DNA of 64,000 nt from Octopus bimaculoides. Its lineage: Eukaryota. Position numbers and translations under genes: made by a program. Below the pieces are notes generated by a model that made no database searches, had not been told where the DNA came from, and saw only the letters and a list, made by a program, of their open reading frames with translations. Shown here piece by piece: positions 50,316-62,373 of the stretch. How positions within the stretch are numbered: the first letter of the stretch is position 1; each line of letters begins with the position of its first letter. Where the stretch lies: assembly GCF_001194135.2 (NCBI RefSeq), contig NC_068996.1, positions 50,808,395 to 50,872,394 on the forward strand, read 5' to 3'.

Positions 50316-51555
50316 CTGTAAAAGCTCATGTAATATGTGCACCTGTGTAATTTACGCACATGATTTTGTTAAAAAAAGCTTCTATTCATGTAGAATTCAC
50401 ACCTAAAAGTTTTCAGAATTGCCTATATAGCCAGGGGAAAATGGTTTTCAATTTAATTGTATTTAACCTAATTTCACTTACTTATGAATAGTTTTATTAA
50501 ATTTTCATTAAATAAAAATAATTTCAGGTTTTCACATTGAAAGCTATTAAATTACAGTGTTTGTGTTGTTTATAATAAACTTTATTTTACATTTTGTTGC
50601 CCACAAGAGATTATGTCCGATCTTTAGCATGCTTCTGTATATCTTCTCAAATCATGATCACAGGAAAAGTTGTTAAGAATTACCAACAAAAACAAAGCTG
50701 ATAAATATGCACAGATGCTGCAAATTAAGTTTAATTACTGTAAACATCAGTTTGGATGACACTTTACTCAACTGACAGAGGAAGGTAACCGATCAGATTG
50801 ATTATGTAAACAGAATTCTTTTCTGCCTATACTTGTTGGGACCTTTGATACAGATTATCGAAGTTTTAATCCTTTTCACACTTATAAAATGTCAAGCAAA
50901 CTTAAAAATTTGTCATTACCATTATTGTCAGCATGGGCAGAACTTATGCGAAGGAGAAATTAAATATGTTGAATATGCCTTTGAATGTGGCAATAGAGCC
51001 GTCAGAAGGCATTTTAATGTTAATGAAGCCAATGTTTGAAATTGGTATAAACAGTATGACAAACTGTGCCTAGTAATAAACAAACAAAAATAAAAACATA
51101 CAATCAAGATTATCCATATCTTTACATTTTTTTCAGTCAAGAATATCCATATCACTATGTATGTCAATGGTGCTCCATTGCAATAGATAGAAACTGCAAG
51201 CAATGTAAAATATGGCCTAGACTGTGTTTACTAGCATGAACGTCAGACTTCAAAAAGTAGTTGACCATTAAATGGTTTTAGTAAATTTATACAGAAAAAG
51301 TAAGCATTATACTGTCCAGCATAAATAAAAGTCAACGTCATTATATTTAAGCCATTATTTTTTTCTGTAAAAACCTATTCTGACATTAAACGAGTCAGCT
51401 TCCGGTACAAATGTTTACATTTTGTACGTTTTTTTTCAACAAAAAAAATTTCAAAAACAATTTCTGGAAATGATCTACTCACGTAATTTATGCACCCACT
51501 AAAGTTTATTTTTATTTTTGCGAGAAAAGTGCGTAAATTACATCAGTTTTTATGG
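50316..51555 (+). mobile_element. Non-autonomous pogo-like DNA transposon with Brinker-type DNA-binding domain relic
   Basis: TA-flanked imperfect TIRs CTGTAAAAGCTCATGTAATATGTGCAC and CCATAAAAACTGATGTAATTTACGCAC. Subterminal GTAATTTAYGCAC repeats at 50347 and 51483. Peptide KYVEYAFECGNRAVRRHFNVNEANV*NWYKQ at about 50965-51060. Confidence 0.75.
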
Positions 51556-51688
51556 TATATCTATTGACATGATTTGTTTTGTTGTACAGACTTATGTAAG
51601 GTTTTTGTATGACAATTGTGTTAAGCTCAATGTATGTTTGCTCTAGTCACAAACTAATATTTAAAAGAATTACAAGTCTTTCTTTCTT

Positions 51689-51738
<50 letters not shown>

Positions 51739-52609
51739 ATTCAGTTGTAATCAGCTTTGACAGTTGAGGATTTTACATAGTGATTAGTTAGATAGTTTAC
51801 AGAAGTAATTGATGAGAAGCAGAAAGACAATTGCATTGAATAATTTTGAGCTGATTGAAGTGTTCTCAAAATATTGATATTTTTAACTTTAAGATGTCTT
51901 TATAATTAAATGGGGACTTAATGGCATGATTCTTGCCATACAGTGATAATGCCTACTTTAGGTGATTAGAAAATATCCATGTTACAGAGCAGCTCTTTAG
52001 CTGAATAGAAATTTAAATGAGGAATATTCCTTTCTTTTGCATCTCTTATCAAAAGGAAGATATGTTAGGCACTCAGAGACACATATGTTATAACTGGGGA
52101 AAAATGGTAGAAAGAAACAAGGTAGCTCTTGTAATGAAGAAGATTATCAAAAAAGAATGTGTTTAAATTAAGGATTTAACATAGTTTTGGATGAATGAAG
52201 GTTTGATGCACAATTTTAGAAAGAAAAAAAAAAGAGTAATTTTTGTGTGAATAATATTTCTGTTGTGGAGGGTTAATTTATTTGTTCACAAGAATGTTTG
52301 TATGTGAACCTAGTTTCTTTTGAGAGTGAAGCTTTTCTATCAAAGGTCAAATAAATTAGAAAACAAAGGAGCAAAAGGACACTATGGGAATAATTGAAAG
52401 AACCTAAAAGAAAAAAAAAGAAAAAAGAAAAAAATTAGCCTAAAAATCCTTCATACTGACAGGAGCTACAAGAGAAAAGAAAGAAAAGTTGTTTATCAAT
52501 GTTGGTCTATATTGTCAGTAAGATTATAAAAATCTTCTAGAGTACATGTACTTTCAAAATTTATTTCTGACTTCAGCATAAGAATGCAGATTTTTATTTT
52601 TTTCTGGCC

Positions 52610-53032
52610 CCGATACATTCCTTGTTTTATTAACTTCTGGAGGGTGAAAAGCAAAGTTCAATCCAAGGAGATTTGAACTCAAAGTGTCAAGGAATGTAAG
52701 TGAATACTTGCAAAGCATTTAATTTGTCACTTTATCAGTGCCATACACAAACTTTTAATAATGGTTTTTAAATTTTAGCACAAGGCCAGCAGTTTTAGGG
52801 GAAAGAGGATAGCTGATTACTTTCTGTGATATCATTGCATTTGAGGTGGTAAGCTGGCAGAATCATTAGCATTCTGGGCTTCACACTCTGAGTTCAAACT
52901 CCGCCAAGTTCAACTTGGCCTTTCATCCTTTCAGGGTTGATGAACTAAGTACTAGTTGCATACTAGGGTTGATATAATCAACTTGTCCTTCCCCCAAAAT
53001 ATCAGGTCTTGTGCCTTTAGGAGAAAGGAGAT
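52610..53032. mobile_element. Head-to-head SINE family C copies (52610-52745 minus, 52845-53032 plus)
   Basis: Homology to 43973-44187 on opposite strands. Confidence 0.65.
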
Positions 53033-53798
53033 TATTGCATTTAAGGCTTCATAGCTTGTGGGTCGTGTGCTCTGTGTATAAATAATGTACATAAAACCAA
53101 ACTTCAACTGAAGAAGAAATACTCACTATGTAAAGGTAGAATATGGGGTTTATTTTCACAAGGGAGAATAGTAATTGTGATTTGGAATTTTTGCTGGTAT
53201 ACTCTTCCCTTTAAAAATTAATTTGTGTATGTCAAAAGAAATTCATATTATTTACAGTTTAAATTTGTGATACAAAGATTAAATGAATAAAATTAGAATT
53301 TTAATCCAATTTTTAATCTTGCCACACATTTCCATTCTCTTGGTTGGTGCTTAATGTCTGAGAAGAAATTAACTTGGAATTGATGAAAGTTTCTGATCCA
53401 CAAGAAAAGATTAGTTTCCTGTCTGATTAACATTATGAAAACTATCTATTGATCCTTTCAATCACAGTAATTATGAGATCAAGTGTTTTTTTTTTTTTTA
53501 GTATTCTGTTAATCTTTTTACTGGTTTTAGTTAATCTGCCACTATTATAGGACCACCACCTTTTACTTTATTTTATTTTTATGTGTTTGTTTTTACTTTA
53601 ATCATAGTTATAGTGAGCTGTACCTTCATACCTATTTTCCACAATTTGTTCTAGATTAAAATCTTAGAAATAAATTCTACCTTAAGAAATTTCATTGTTT
53701 TTTTATAATTTTCTTGTATATTTACAATGTTTCTTTAAAAAAAAAAAATCCGTTGATCTCTTCATTGTCTTAATTTTTATTTATTATTTATTTTACAG

Positions 53799-53877
53799 AC
53801 TTTCATAAATGATGTACGAATTCCCGAACAAGAATATATAACATTGGAAGAAAAATATACAATACGCCTTGGATATT
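53799..53877 (+). CDS. CEP170: CEP170-like gene, internal coding exon (FHA domain, C-terminal part), 79 nt, phase 0/1
   Basis: T-rich tract plus TTTACAG acceptor. Translates to [26 protein letters not shown], matching CEP170 [26 protein letters not shown] and continuing the frame of the 37175 exon. Ends at ATATCCTTTG (U12 donor). Confidence 0.92.
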
Positions 53878-54209
53878 ATATCCTTTGTTTAATATAAAAT
53901 TCAACCAAAACTATCAGGTTGTACATTTTGAGTAAAATTCCATTCTTAGTCAAAGCATCATATAATCAAACAGGATATGAAATACTACTCTGCTAGTGTG
54001 GTGGTTGAGTGTAGTGGTTCAAATCCAAGTTATGATTTTAAAAATAGAGTGACTGGGTCAATGATTTCAAAGTCAAGTCTTTTTTAAATGTTTGAGGATG
54101 TCTCTAAGATGATTGGTTTGTGTGATGTTGCATCACAGGGTTTTTTTTTTTGTTTTGTTGAGTTTTAGAATTATAATAGTTTTAGATTCTGGGAATTGAT
54201 TATTTGTCT

Positions 54210-54510
54210 GTGAAGGCATGTAACCTAGTGGTTAGGGTGTTGCTCTCACAATTTAGCGATCATGGATATGATTCCTGGACTGAGTGGCTCATTGTGTTCT
54301 TGAGCAAAGCACTTTCATTTCATGTTGCTCCAGTGCACTCAGCTTAAACGGGTAACCCTGTGGTGGACTAGCCTTCCAATCAGGGGAAATGTTGGCCACT
54401 TGTCTAGCCAGCAGGGTGGCATCATTCAAAAGTTAAAACAATGCAAAACGTTGTCACCAGCAATGTAACAACATTTGATAGTCTGCTCGATCAGATGGTC
54501 ACATGATATG
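54210..54510 (+). mobile_element. CORE-SINE (family E) in the U12 intron
   Basis: tRNA head and core at 54292-54344. Confidence 0.75.
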
Positions 54511-54589
54511 TATTTGTAGATACACTATTGGTGCGTGCAGGGGATTTCTTCAGGTTCAAGATACTTTAGGGTTTTATAAATAATAAATG

Positions 54590-54835
54590 CTCTCTTTTAA
54601 AGCCTAGCCAGGCTCATGGGCCCAGTTTTCCGGTTTCAATGGCGTATGTGTTCCCCAGCTGGACGAGACGCCAGTCCATCGCAGCGTTACTCATTTTTGC
54701 TAGCTGAGTGGACTGGAGCAATGTGAAATGAAGTGTTTTGCTCAAGAACACAACACGTTGCCCGGTCCAGGAATTGAAACCACAATCTTATGATCATGGT
54801 GCTGACACCCTAACCACTAAGCCACGTGCCTCCAC
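54590..54835 (-). mobile_element. CORE-SINE (family E) in the U12 intron, inverted relative to the previous copy
   Basis: Core at 54702-54753, head ending 54835. Confidence 0.8.
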
Positions 54836-56577
54836 TTAGGGTTTTAGGGTTATGTTTATAATTTCATAAGCCATGAAATTTTTGAGTTTTTTTTTTTAAA
54901 TTAACCTATTGTTCTTTTTTTTTTTGGTTGGGTGTGTGTGTTTTTCTGATAAAATGAAGTGGTCCAAATTATGATCTAAGTGGAAGGTGCATATTTTATA
55001 GTTCTATTTTCCTATACATTGCTGTAATCTTTTAGAGAAATATTTTAAAAAAGTATATGAGTATGGCAGTTGTGATGATGTGATCAGATCTCTATCAACA
55101 TACATAGTGCAGATGAAGTGTGAACACAATGCATAGCAGTACAATGTCTGGATTAGTAATATACTATCCACTGGGCAGTCAACTAATTATTTTTGAGTGG
55201 CCTGTAAATTCAGCATATCAGATAGCATTTTGTATCCATTTGTCGGATCAACGTTTTCTCTTTTATTTTGGAGTTAGGGAATGCAGCTCCACCATCAACC
55301 TTAACTGAACTCTATCAAACCAGCTCTTCTTCATAAGTTGCAATTTATAGCATTTGAAAAAGATATTACTAACATTGAATTATATTTACACTTTGGTTTT
55401 GTATTCTTATTAGATGAATAGTTGAGATGGTTGAAATCTCTCATTTGCAATGTCTTTTACATATTCTGGCAAGTAAACCAACCCTTGTTTCACCTGCGAT
55501 TTTTCAACCTACATATCTTAACTTGAGTCAAATGAAGGTCTGAAAAATAATTTTAAAGATTTGTATCCAATATAGTGCAGTGTTTACGGCACAAGTAAAA
55601 TGAAATGCCCCTATTTGAATGGTATGCTTTCAATTAATCTGGTCAGACAACCTGCCTGCATCAATTTAAATCTCCTATACCAGACACCCCATTCAAGAAA
55701 TGTGGCATGAATGTCTTGGTCTTTTCCTAGCTGAAATATCTCATCTGTGCATGCCATGACTACGATAATAGCAGTAGTTCACTAACTGAACTGGTTGATC
55801 CTGGTTGTTGGACATTTATTTCTGTTCATCCACTCAGCATCTTGTGATATTTGCCATTGACCCAATTAGTTCATCTGCTGAAATAGTTCTCATTCTTACT
55901 AATAATAAAGATTGAAATTTATAAATTTACTTCAGAAAATTAACAGAATTTTTATAGATTCCAATTTAAATATATCAAGAGTATTAAAATAAGAGATGGT
56001 GATGGCAGCTGCATGCCTTCAAGAAGAGAATGGATAGTACGAGGTGAGTGATGTATGTCAATATTGAGTGACCTACAAGAGAGGAAGTGGTGACTAGAAG
56101 TGTGTGTGTGTGTGTGTGTGTATTTTATGACTCAGACATAGCAATACATTCATACTTTAGAGTAAGCCATCAGGTTGAGAGTTAATATTAATTAATGAAT
56201 GACTAATAAGAGGAATTATGCAATCAATGTTCATTAATTTACAGCTGTTTCTGGTATAATTAAGCTAGTGTCCAGAGCTGAGCACTCATTATGTAATTCT
56301 ATAATCAAGTTTATATATAATATACAGGCAAATACGAAATTTGAATATATGGTTAGGTTGATTTGTAATTTTAACTTATACTTTAATAATTTATTTTGTT
56401 CTAAATCTTTTTGAATACTATCCTTTTTTTTTTTTATTAAAAATGAAAAAAGAAATAATACTCAGAATAAACATACTGATATTTAGTAATGTTTAAGTTT
56501 GTAATAATCATTTCTCAACCCTATTTTTATTTCTTCATAATTTAAGAGATCTCTGTATTTTCCCTTAACCATTGTAC

Positions 56578-56702
56578 CTCAGTCAGTATATTATATAGAA
56601 CAGGTATTTGATACTCCATATAATGTTGAAGAGGAGAACGGTTCCCCTGATAGAATAACTACATGGCCTTCAAATTCTCATGAAACAATGGAAGAAGTTG
56701 AT
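56578..56702 (+). CDS. CEP170: CEP170-like gene, exon after the AT-AC intron, 125 nt, phase 1/0
   Basis: Open frame (S)QSVYYIEQVFDTPYNVEEENGSPDRITTWPSNSHETMEEVD, followed by a perfect GTAAGT donor at 56703. Confidence 0.82.
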
Positions 56703-56788
56703 GTAAGTATAATAATACATTTTATGTTATTAGTAAATATTAATAAAAGGAAATTGAGAAAAGAAAGACGTTTATGTTCCCAAGAATA

Positions 56789-57074
56789 TTAACCCATTAC
56801 CTACCAGTGATCTCATATGAGATCACTTAAAAATTACAAATTTCATAATTATCTGTCAATATTTACACATATCTAACCTTTTTGCTATATCTACTAGGTA
56901 TATTTCTCTGATATTTAAATGAGGTTTGCTAATTTTTCACCCAGTATCTCGCTTATTTCTATTTAAAATGTTATTTTGATCATTCCAGCATGTTTCTAAG
57001 GCTGTTTTATGCTAGAAATCAAAGTTTCATAAAAAAAATTCCAGTTAATAGAATTATGGGAGGTAATGGGTTAA
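56789..57074. mobile_element. TTAA MITE family M3
   Basis: TTAA-CCCATTACCTACC ... GGGAGGTAATGGG-TTAA (12/13 TIR match). Internal 22-bp palindrome at 56806-56827. Confidence 0.8.
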
Positions 57075-58177
57075 GCTCATCTTTAGAGAGCATATTTACA
57101 ATTATTCACTGTCTTGCTCCTGGATAAAAAGCTAGCACATAAATTCACATTATGCTGTAGTAGCAGTGCTATAATGTAAACATTACCAATGCCATATATT
57201 TTAATGTATATGTGTTGTTTAAATGTGAGAGGCTATAGATTTTCATCCAGGGAAAATTCCTTTCATGATGTATAGTGTTAAAAACCACAATATACTTCAG
57301 AACTAGATGAAACAAAATCACCCCAGCGTATAATTTTATTCTTGGATGTATACATATTTTCTGAATGGTTTCTGACTAAGAAGCTTTATTTTTATTACAT
57401 TTTTATGTAATAGATCATTGGTTCTCATTTAATTTGTAGCAGAACTTAAAAGAAAAAAAAAAATCACAGATCCCATATCGACATTTTATACACAATCTCT
57501 GCTACCCTAAAATGCTAAATGAAACAAAAACTGTTTTGGAATTTATTCATTTGTATATGAAAGAAAAAGCAGCATGAAACTTGTTTTAAATATGGTGAAA
57601 TGCTACTTTTTACTGAAGTAAACTTTTATTAAATTTTATTAAAAGGCATCTTGTTGACCTCTAGGATTTTTTCTACAGAACTCTAGGGTTCCCTAGAACC
57701 CCTTCTAAGAGCCATTGTATTATACTACTTCATTGTTAAAAACAAAGGCTCTTAGTTTGAATCCAGTATAGGACAAAGTATATACCCAGGAATAAGATAC
57801 CTCTTGACAATCTGAAGTGAAACCAGCCACAGTACAGTGAAAATATAAGCTTTGTAAATTATACATTCTGTAGTTTTAATAATGAGAGGAATTATAATTT
57901 GACAACAATTCATATCAGGCAGTGATTTAAAAGAATATTTGCATACAAATGCAGTTTCCAAAATAATTTGGAAACTGTTTTAAATTTTTTGTTTTTCTTA
58001 TTGTCCCTTAACGTATGTATATATTCAGAAACAGCATTGTATATCTAGTGGTTTGCACAAGGAAAAATGCTAATATTAAATTTTTAAAATAATTTTATTT
58101 CCAAAGACATCATAACTTGAAGATTGTTAATTTTTCCAGATTCTAATCCTACAATTCATATATTTCATTGTATAATA

Positions 58178-58228
<51 letters not shown>

Positions 58229-59054
58229 ATACAAATAATATGTGAGTATATGCATATATACGTACATGTATGTACATACCTACATCTACATGTATATATA
58301 GATGCATATCTGGGTACAGGATGTCACAAAAAAACGCGGACAAAATGAAAAACAGAACATAAACAGAGCACAGAAAACAAACAGGCCACATAGAGAACAT
58401 TTTCTTCATCAGCTGCCCCTATTCTAAACTAAGCATTTCGAAGAGTTTATATATATATATCTATATAAATCTTACATACATACACACATGTATTTATGAG
58501 GTATTACTAGTTTCAGCCAATTGTATGTGGCCATGAAGGACATACTCATAATATAGATTATATTGGAAACATAACTGTGCTTGAGTTTAATCTGTTTTTT
58601 TTTTTAATAACTTTCTATTTCTTTATTAGTCTTTGTTTAGTTAAGGACAATAACATTCCTAAAAATCTATTGTTTGAAGACCTTCTTTCCTTCATCTTCT
58701 GAATGAAGTGGTGGTAGTTGCATATTTTGCAGTGTTTTCATACCAAACAGCAAAGGGTCATGAGAATAATGTTGTTACTGTTAAAAATTGTTGTAGCTGT
58801 GCTTAAAATTGCATGGTGTCTATATGTTGATTTTCTTTTTTTTTTTTAAGTTTGTATTTTGTCATTAGTTTGGAACTAAAGGTTAAGCAATTTTAAACCC
58901 TGCAACAATGATTTCATCAGTTGCATTATTCCCCCTGTTCCCATAGAAACCTACTACAAAAACAAGTGTGACATGTTTTAATGTTTCTTTTGTTCTCTCC
59001 CTCCTTCCTTCTTTGCGTTTCTCTCTCCCTGTTTTTGTGTGTGAGGATATTTCT

Positions 59055-59382
59055 ATCTTTTAGCTTTTACTTGTTTCAGTCATTAGACTATGGTCATGCT
59101 GGGGCAATGACCGTAAAGAATTTTTAACTGAACAAATTGAAACATTTTTAAAGCTTGGTACTTACTCTATCAGTCTCTTTTGCCAAACTGCTAAGTTATG
59201 GGGGACATAAACACACACATGATAGGCAAATTTCGGTTTCCATCTACCAAATCCACTCACAAGGCATTGGTTGGTTTGAGGGTATAGTAGAATACACTTG
59301 CCCAAGGTGCCATGCAGTCGGACTGAACCTGGAACCTTGTGGCTAGGAAGGAAGCTTCTTACCACACAACCACAGATGTGCC
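59055..59382 (-). mobile_element. SINE family A
   Basis: Reverse-complement homology to 32007-32439. Confidence 0.8.
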
Positions 59383-60154
59383 TATGTATGAGGAGAGGGA
59401 AAGTGTTCAGTTTATAAATTGTAATGTGTGTGTGTCTATCTCTTTCTCTCTTTATATCTGTATGTGTATATTTGTGTGTGTGTGCATGTCTTTGTGTGTA
59501 CTTCCAGTGTTGAAAAGCATTGTTGTTAAATGTCCAGTCAACTGTGTCACATCATCAATGTTTAAACAAGTGTGAACAGTTGTCTCATTCTGTACAAATC
59601 ATGGTAAGACTGTACATCACCATTGCCACTTCACTCCTGAAGATTAGGCTGAGGAGGTCTTCAAAAGAATGTTGTTGTTGCTTCTAGTTAAACATAAAGA
59701 ACTAACAATGAAATATCATCACCTCTTTTGATTTGTTGGGTAACACAGGTTTTCCTTAAAAATTTTCCAAAACATTCTGTAACTGTACATTTATTTTTGC
59801 TTGGTTCTACATTATTTCTCTTTCGTAAGTTTTCATCGGGTAATTCTTAGGTATCCTATGCTTCAATCTAAATCTAGCCTTACTAAACAACCTTTCAGTT
59901 TTCCTAACATGTAGCCTACTCATCTTCATGTTTGGTATTTTTGCCCAATGGGTTCCAGCTTGGTTTTTGCCCAGAAGTTTTTGTTGCTCACATAATTTCT
60001 AGATTTCTAATGTTTAGGATGCTTCAAGTACCACTGAAAATTTGAAACTTTCTGAGGATATTTTTGAGTTTATTTGTAATGACTTGGCAAACCCATGCAG
60101 CAGGATGGGTTTGATGTTGCTATTCAGGGTTTAATATACCTGGACAGAATCTTT

Positions 60155-60462
60155 GTCATGGCCCATGTTGGTGCCTTGTAAAAAGCACCTGTGCTAGTGC
60201 CATGTAAAAAACTGCCAATGACAGTGTCACATAAGAAAAGCACTTGTGTTGGAACCATGTAAATACCATCTGTTCTGGAACCATGTAAAAAGCATCCAAT
60301 ACATTCTGTAAAGTGGTTGGCATTAGGAAAGGCATCCAGTTGTAGAAACCGTGCTAACACAGACAAATGGAGCCTGGTGCAGCTCCACGGCTTTCCAGTT
60401 CTTGCCAAACCATTCAACCCATGCTCGTATGCAAAACGGATGTTAAATGACGATGATGATGA
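60155..60462 (+). mobile_element. Family B copy
   Basis: Repeated CCATGTAAAAAGCA-like units, core, (GAT)n tail. Confidence 0.75.
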
Positions 60463-60603
60463 TACTATGTAATATTAAAGGCTTCACTCACTCCCCTTAG
60501 TCACATTGCAATGTACTCCCCTTCCAACGTATTCCTAGTTTGGTGCCAACCTTTAAAAAAATCATTAACGAAAGACTAAACTTGAATGCAGTTATGTCCT
60601 CGG

Positions 60604-60634
<31 letters not shown>

Positions 60635-60844
60635 TATACACGTGTATATTTGTGTATATATTTTAAAACTAAGGTAGCTACTCAAGTTGCAGACTCTTGG
60701 TATGAAACTCTGCAATGAACAAAACCTCAAGTCACAGTTTAAATAAATACATGAATAAACTCAACATTATGCAACACGTACAGTTCCATCTTGTGTTTAC
60801 AAAACTGTAATATTTGGCAATCTCTCTTTCTCTCTCTCCCTCTT

Positions 60845-60875
<31 letters not shown>

Positions 60876-61111
60876 CTCTTTCTATATCCATAACATATGG
60901 TGTAATCTATTATGTGGTGTGAATTGTAAACATACTTAGAGTTTATTGATGTAAACTCACCAAAAGAATTAAAGCATCAGTTAAACTACCCTGGAAAAAA
61001 GAAGAAACAAGTCTCATCCTTGACATTGGGCAATCTTATCTATTGCTGGCATCAACCCTCAATTTTGACTGCAAAGCTAAATGTGCATATATCTATATAT
61101 GAATGTATGTA

Positions 61112-61213
<102 letters not shown>

Positions 61214-62086
61214 ATATACACACACACATATTGATATACTTATGGATGTATCGATGTATGTTTACATGAATATATGCATATACAGTTATATTTTTGTGTG
61301 TGTGTTCTGTCTGTACATCCTTCCATTCATCGGCCCATCCATCTATACAGTCGTCCGTTACTTGAAAAACAGTTACAGTTTAGTAACAGAAAGGGCATCT
61401 GGCTGTAAAAATAAATGCCCCCACCCTATGTGTTCATCCAACATATGGTAGGGTGTCAGGCAAATATATGGTGTGTGTGTGAGTGCGTACATATATATGT
61501 ACATATGGGTGTGTGTATGTGCATGTATGTATTATGTCAACATATGCATACACATCATGCACCGTCATATTTGACATTGTATGTATAAGTATATAAATGT
61601 GTATATGTGATGTCTATGTATTGGCATGTATCAGTTGTGTATGCATATGTGTGCACATACAAGTGCATGTAAATACATATTTACATATGTGTGTGTGCGT
61701 GTGGTAATGTGTTTTGAACTACCTTGATGTAAGTGTATATTATTATTTTGAAATTCTAAACTTGTAAACATCATGATGGGTAATGAAATTGAATATATTT
61801 CTCTATTTCTCTATCCTGAAAACTGGCAAAAACTTTGGTCCTTACCCCCACCAAAACAATATTATGAATTTTTGCCTTCACTCCTGTAAAATAATATAAA
61901 GCTTAATGCCAATTTAATAGAGAGAAATACAACAGGCCTATTGTTTTGTTTCTCTCTTTTCCTGTTTTGTGTTGGTCCTTACGTTATCTAATATCAATTA
62001 TGTAATCCAAGTCTTTTGCAGGTTTCATTAACAATTGTTTTTCATTGTATATATTGAATGCATTTTATTTTGTGACACACTATTAC

Positions 62087-62142
<56 letters not shown>

Positions 62143-62332
62143 NNNNNNNNNNTATAGTTTTCTATATGTGATAGTGGATTTTCATCGATGAGTTCTTGAA
62201 ACTTGGTTATTTTCCCTAAAACTATATATTTTATATATATTTTATCTATAAAGCTCAATTTAATTTTAATTTTTTATAAATTGATTTTAATTGAGTTTTT
62301 ACCTGTAATTTGGATTTTGTCCCTAATATCAT

Positions 62333-62373
<41 letters not shown>

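Larger units (their letters stand above)
37265..53798 (+). other. U2-type GT-AG intron (about 16.5 kb) between two FHA exons
   Basis: GTAAGG ... TTTACAG ends. The flanking exons join in frame (IHG|TFIND). I saw no intervening exon. Confidence 0.8.
53878..56577 (+). other. U12-type (minor spliceosome) AT-AC intron, 2700 nt
   Basis: 5' end ATATCCTTTG. Branch site TCCCTTAAC at 56561-56569, then 8 nt to a terminal AC (56576-77), with no polypyrimidine tract. Splicing keeps the frame (GY-SQSV-YYIEQ), the same spacing as CEP170 GY-DTNL-FTVVQ. Confidence 0.88.

Noticed and set aside
58381-58445. Minus-strand CGAAA ... CTGATGA suggesting a permuted hammerhead
   Set aside because: I could not build stems I and III or a UH triplet, and stem II is only 3 bp.
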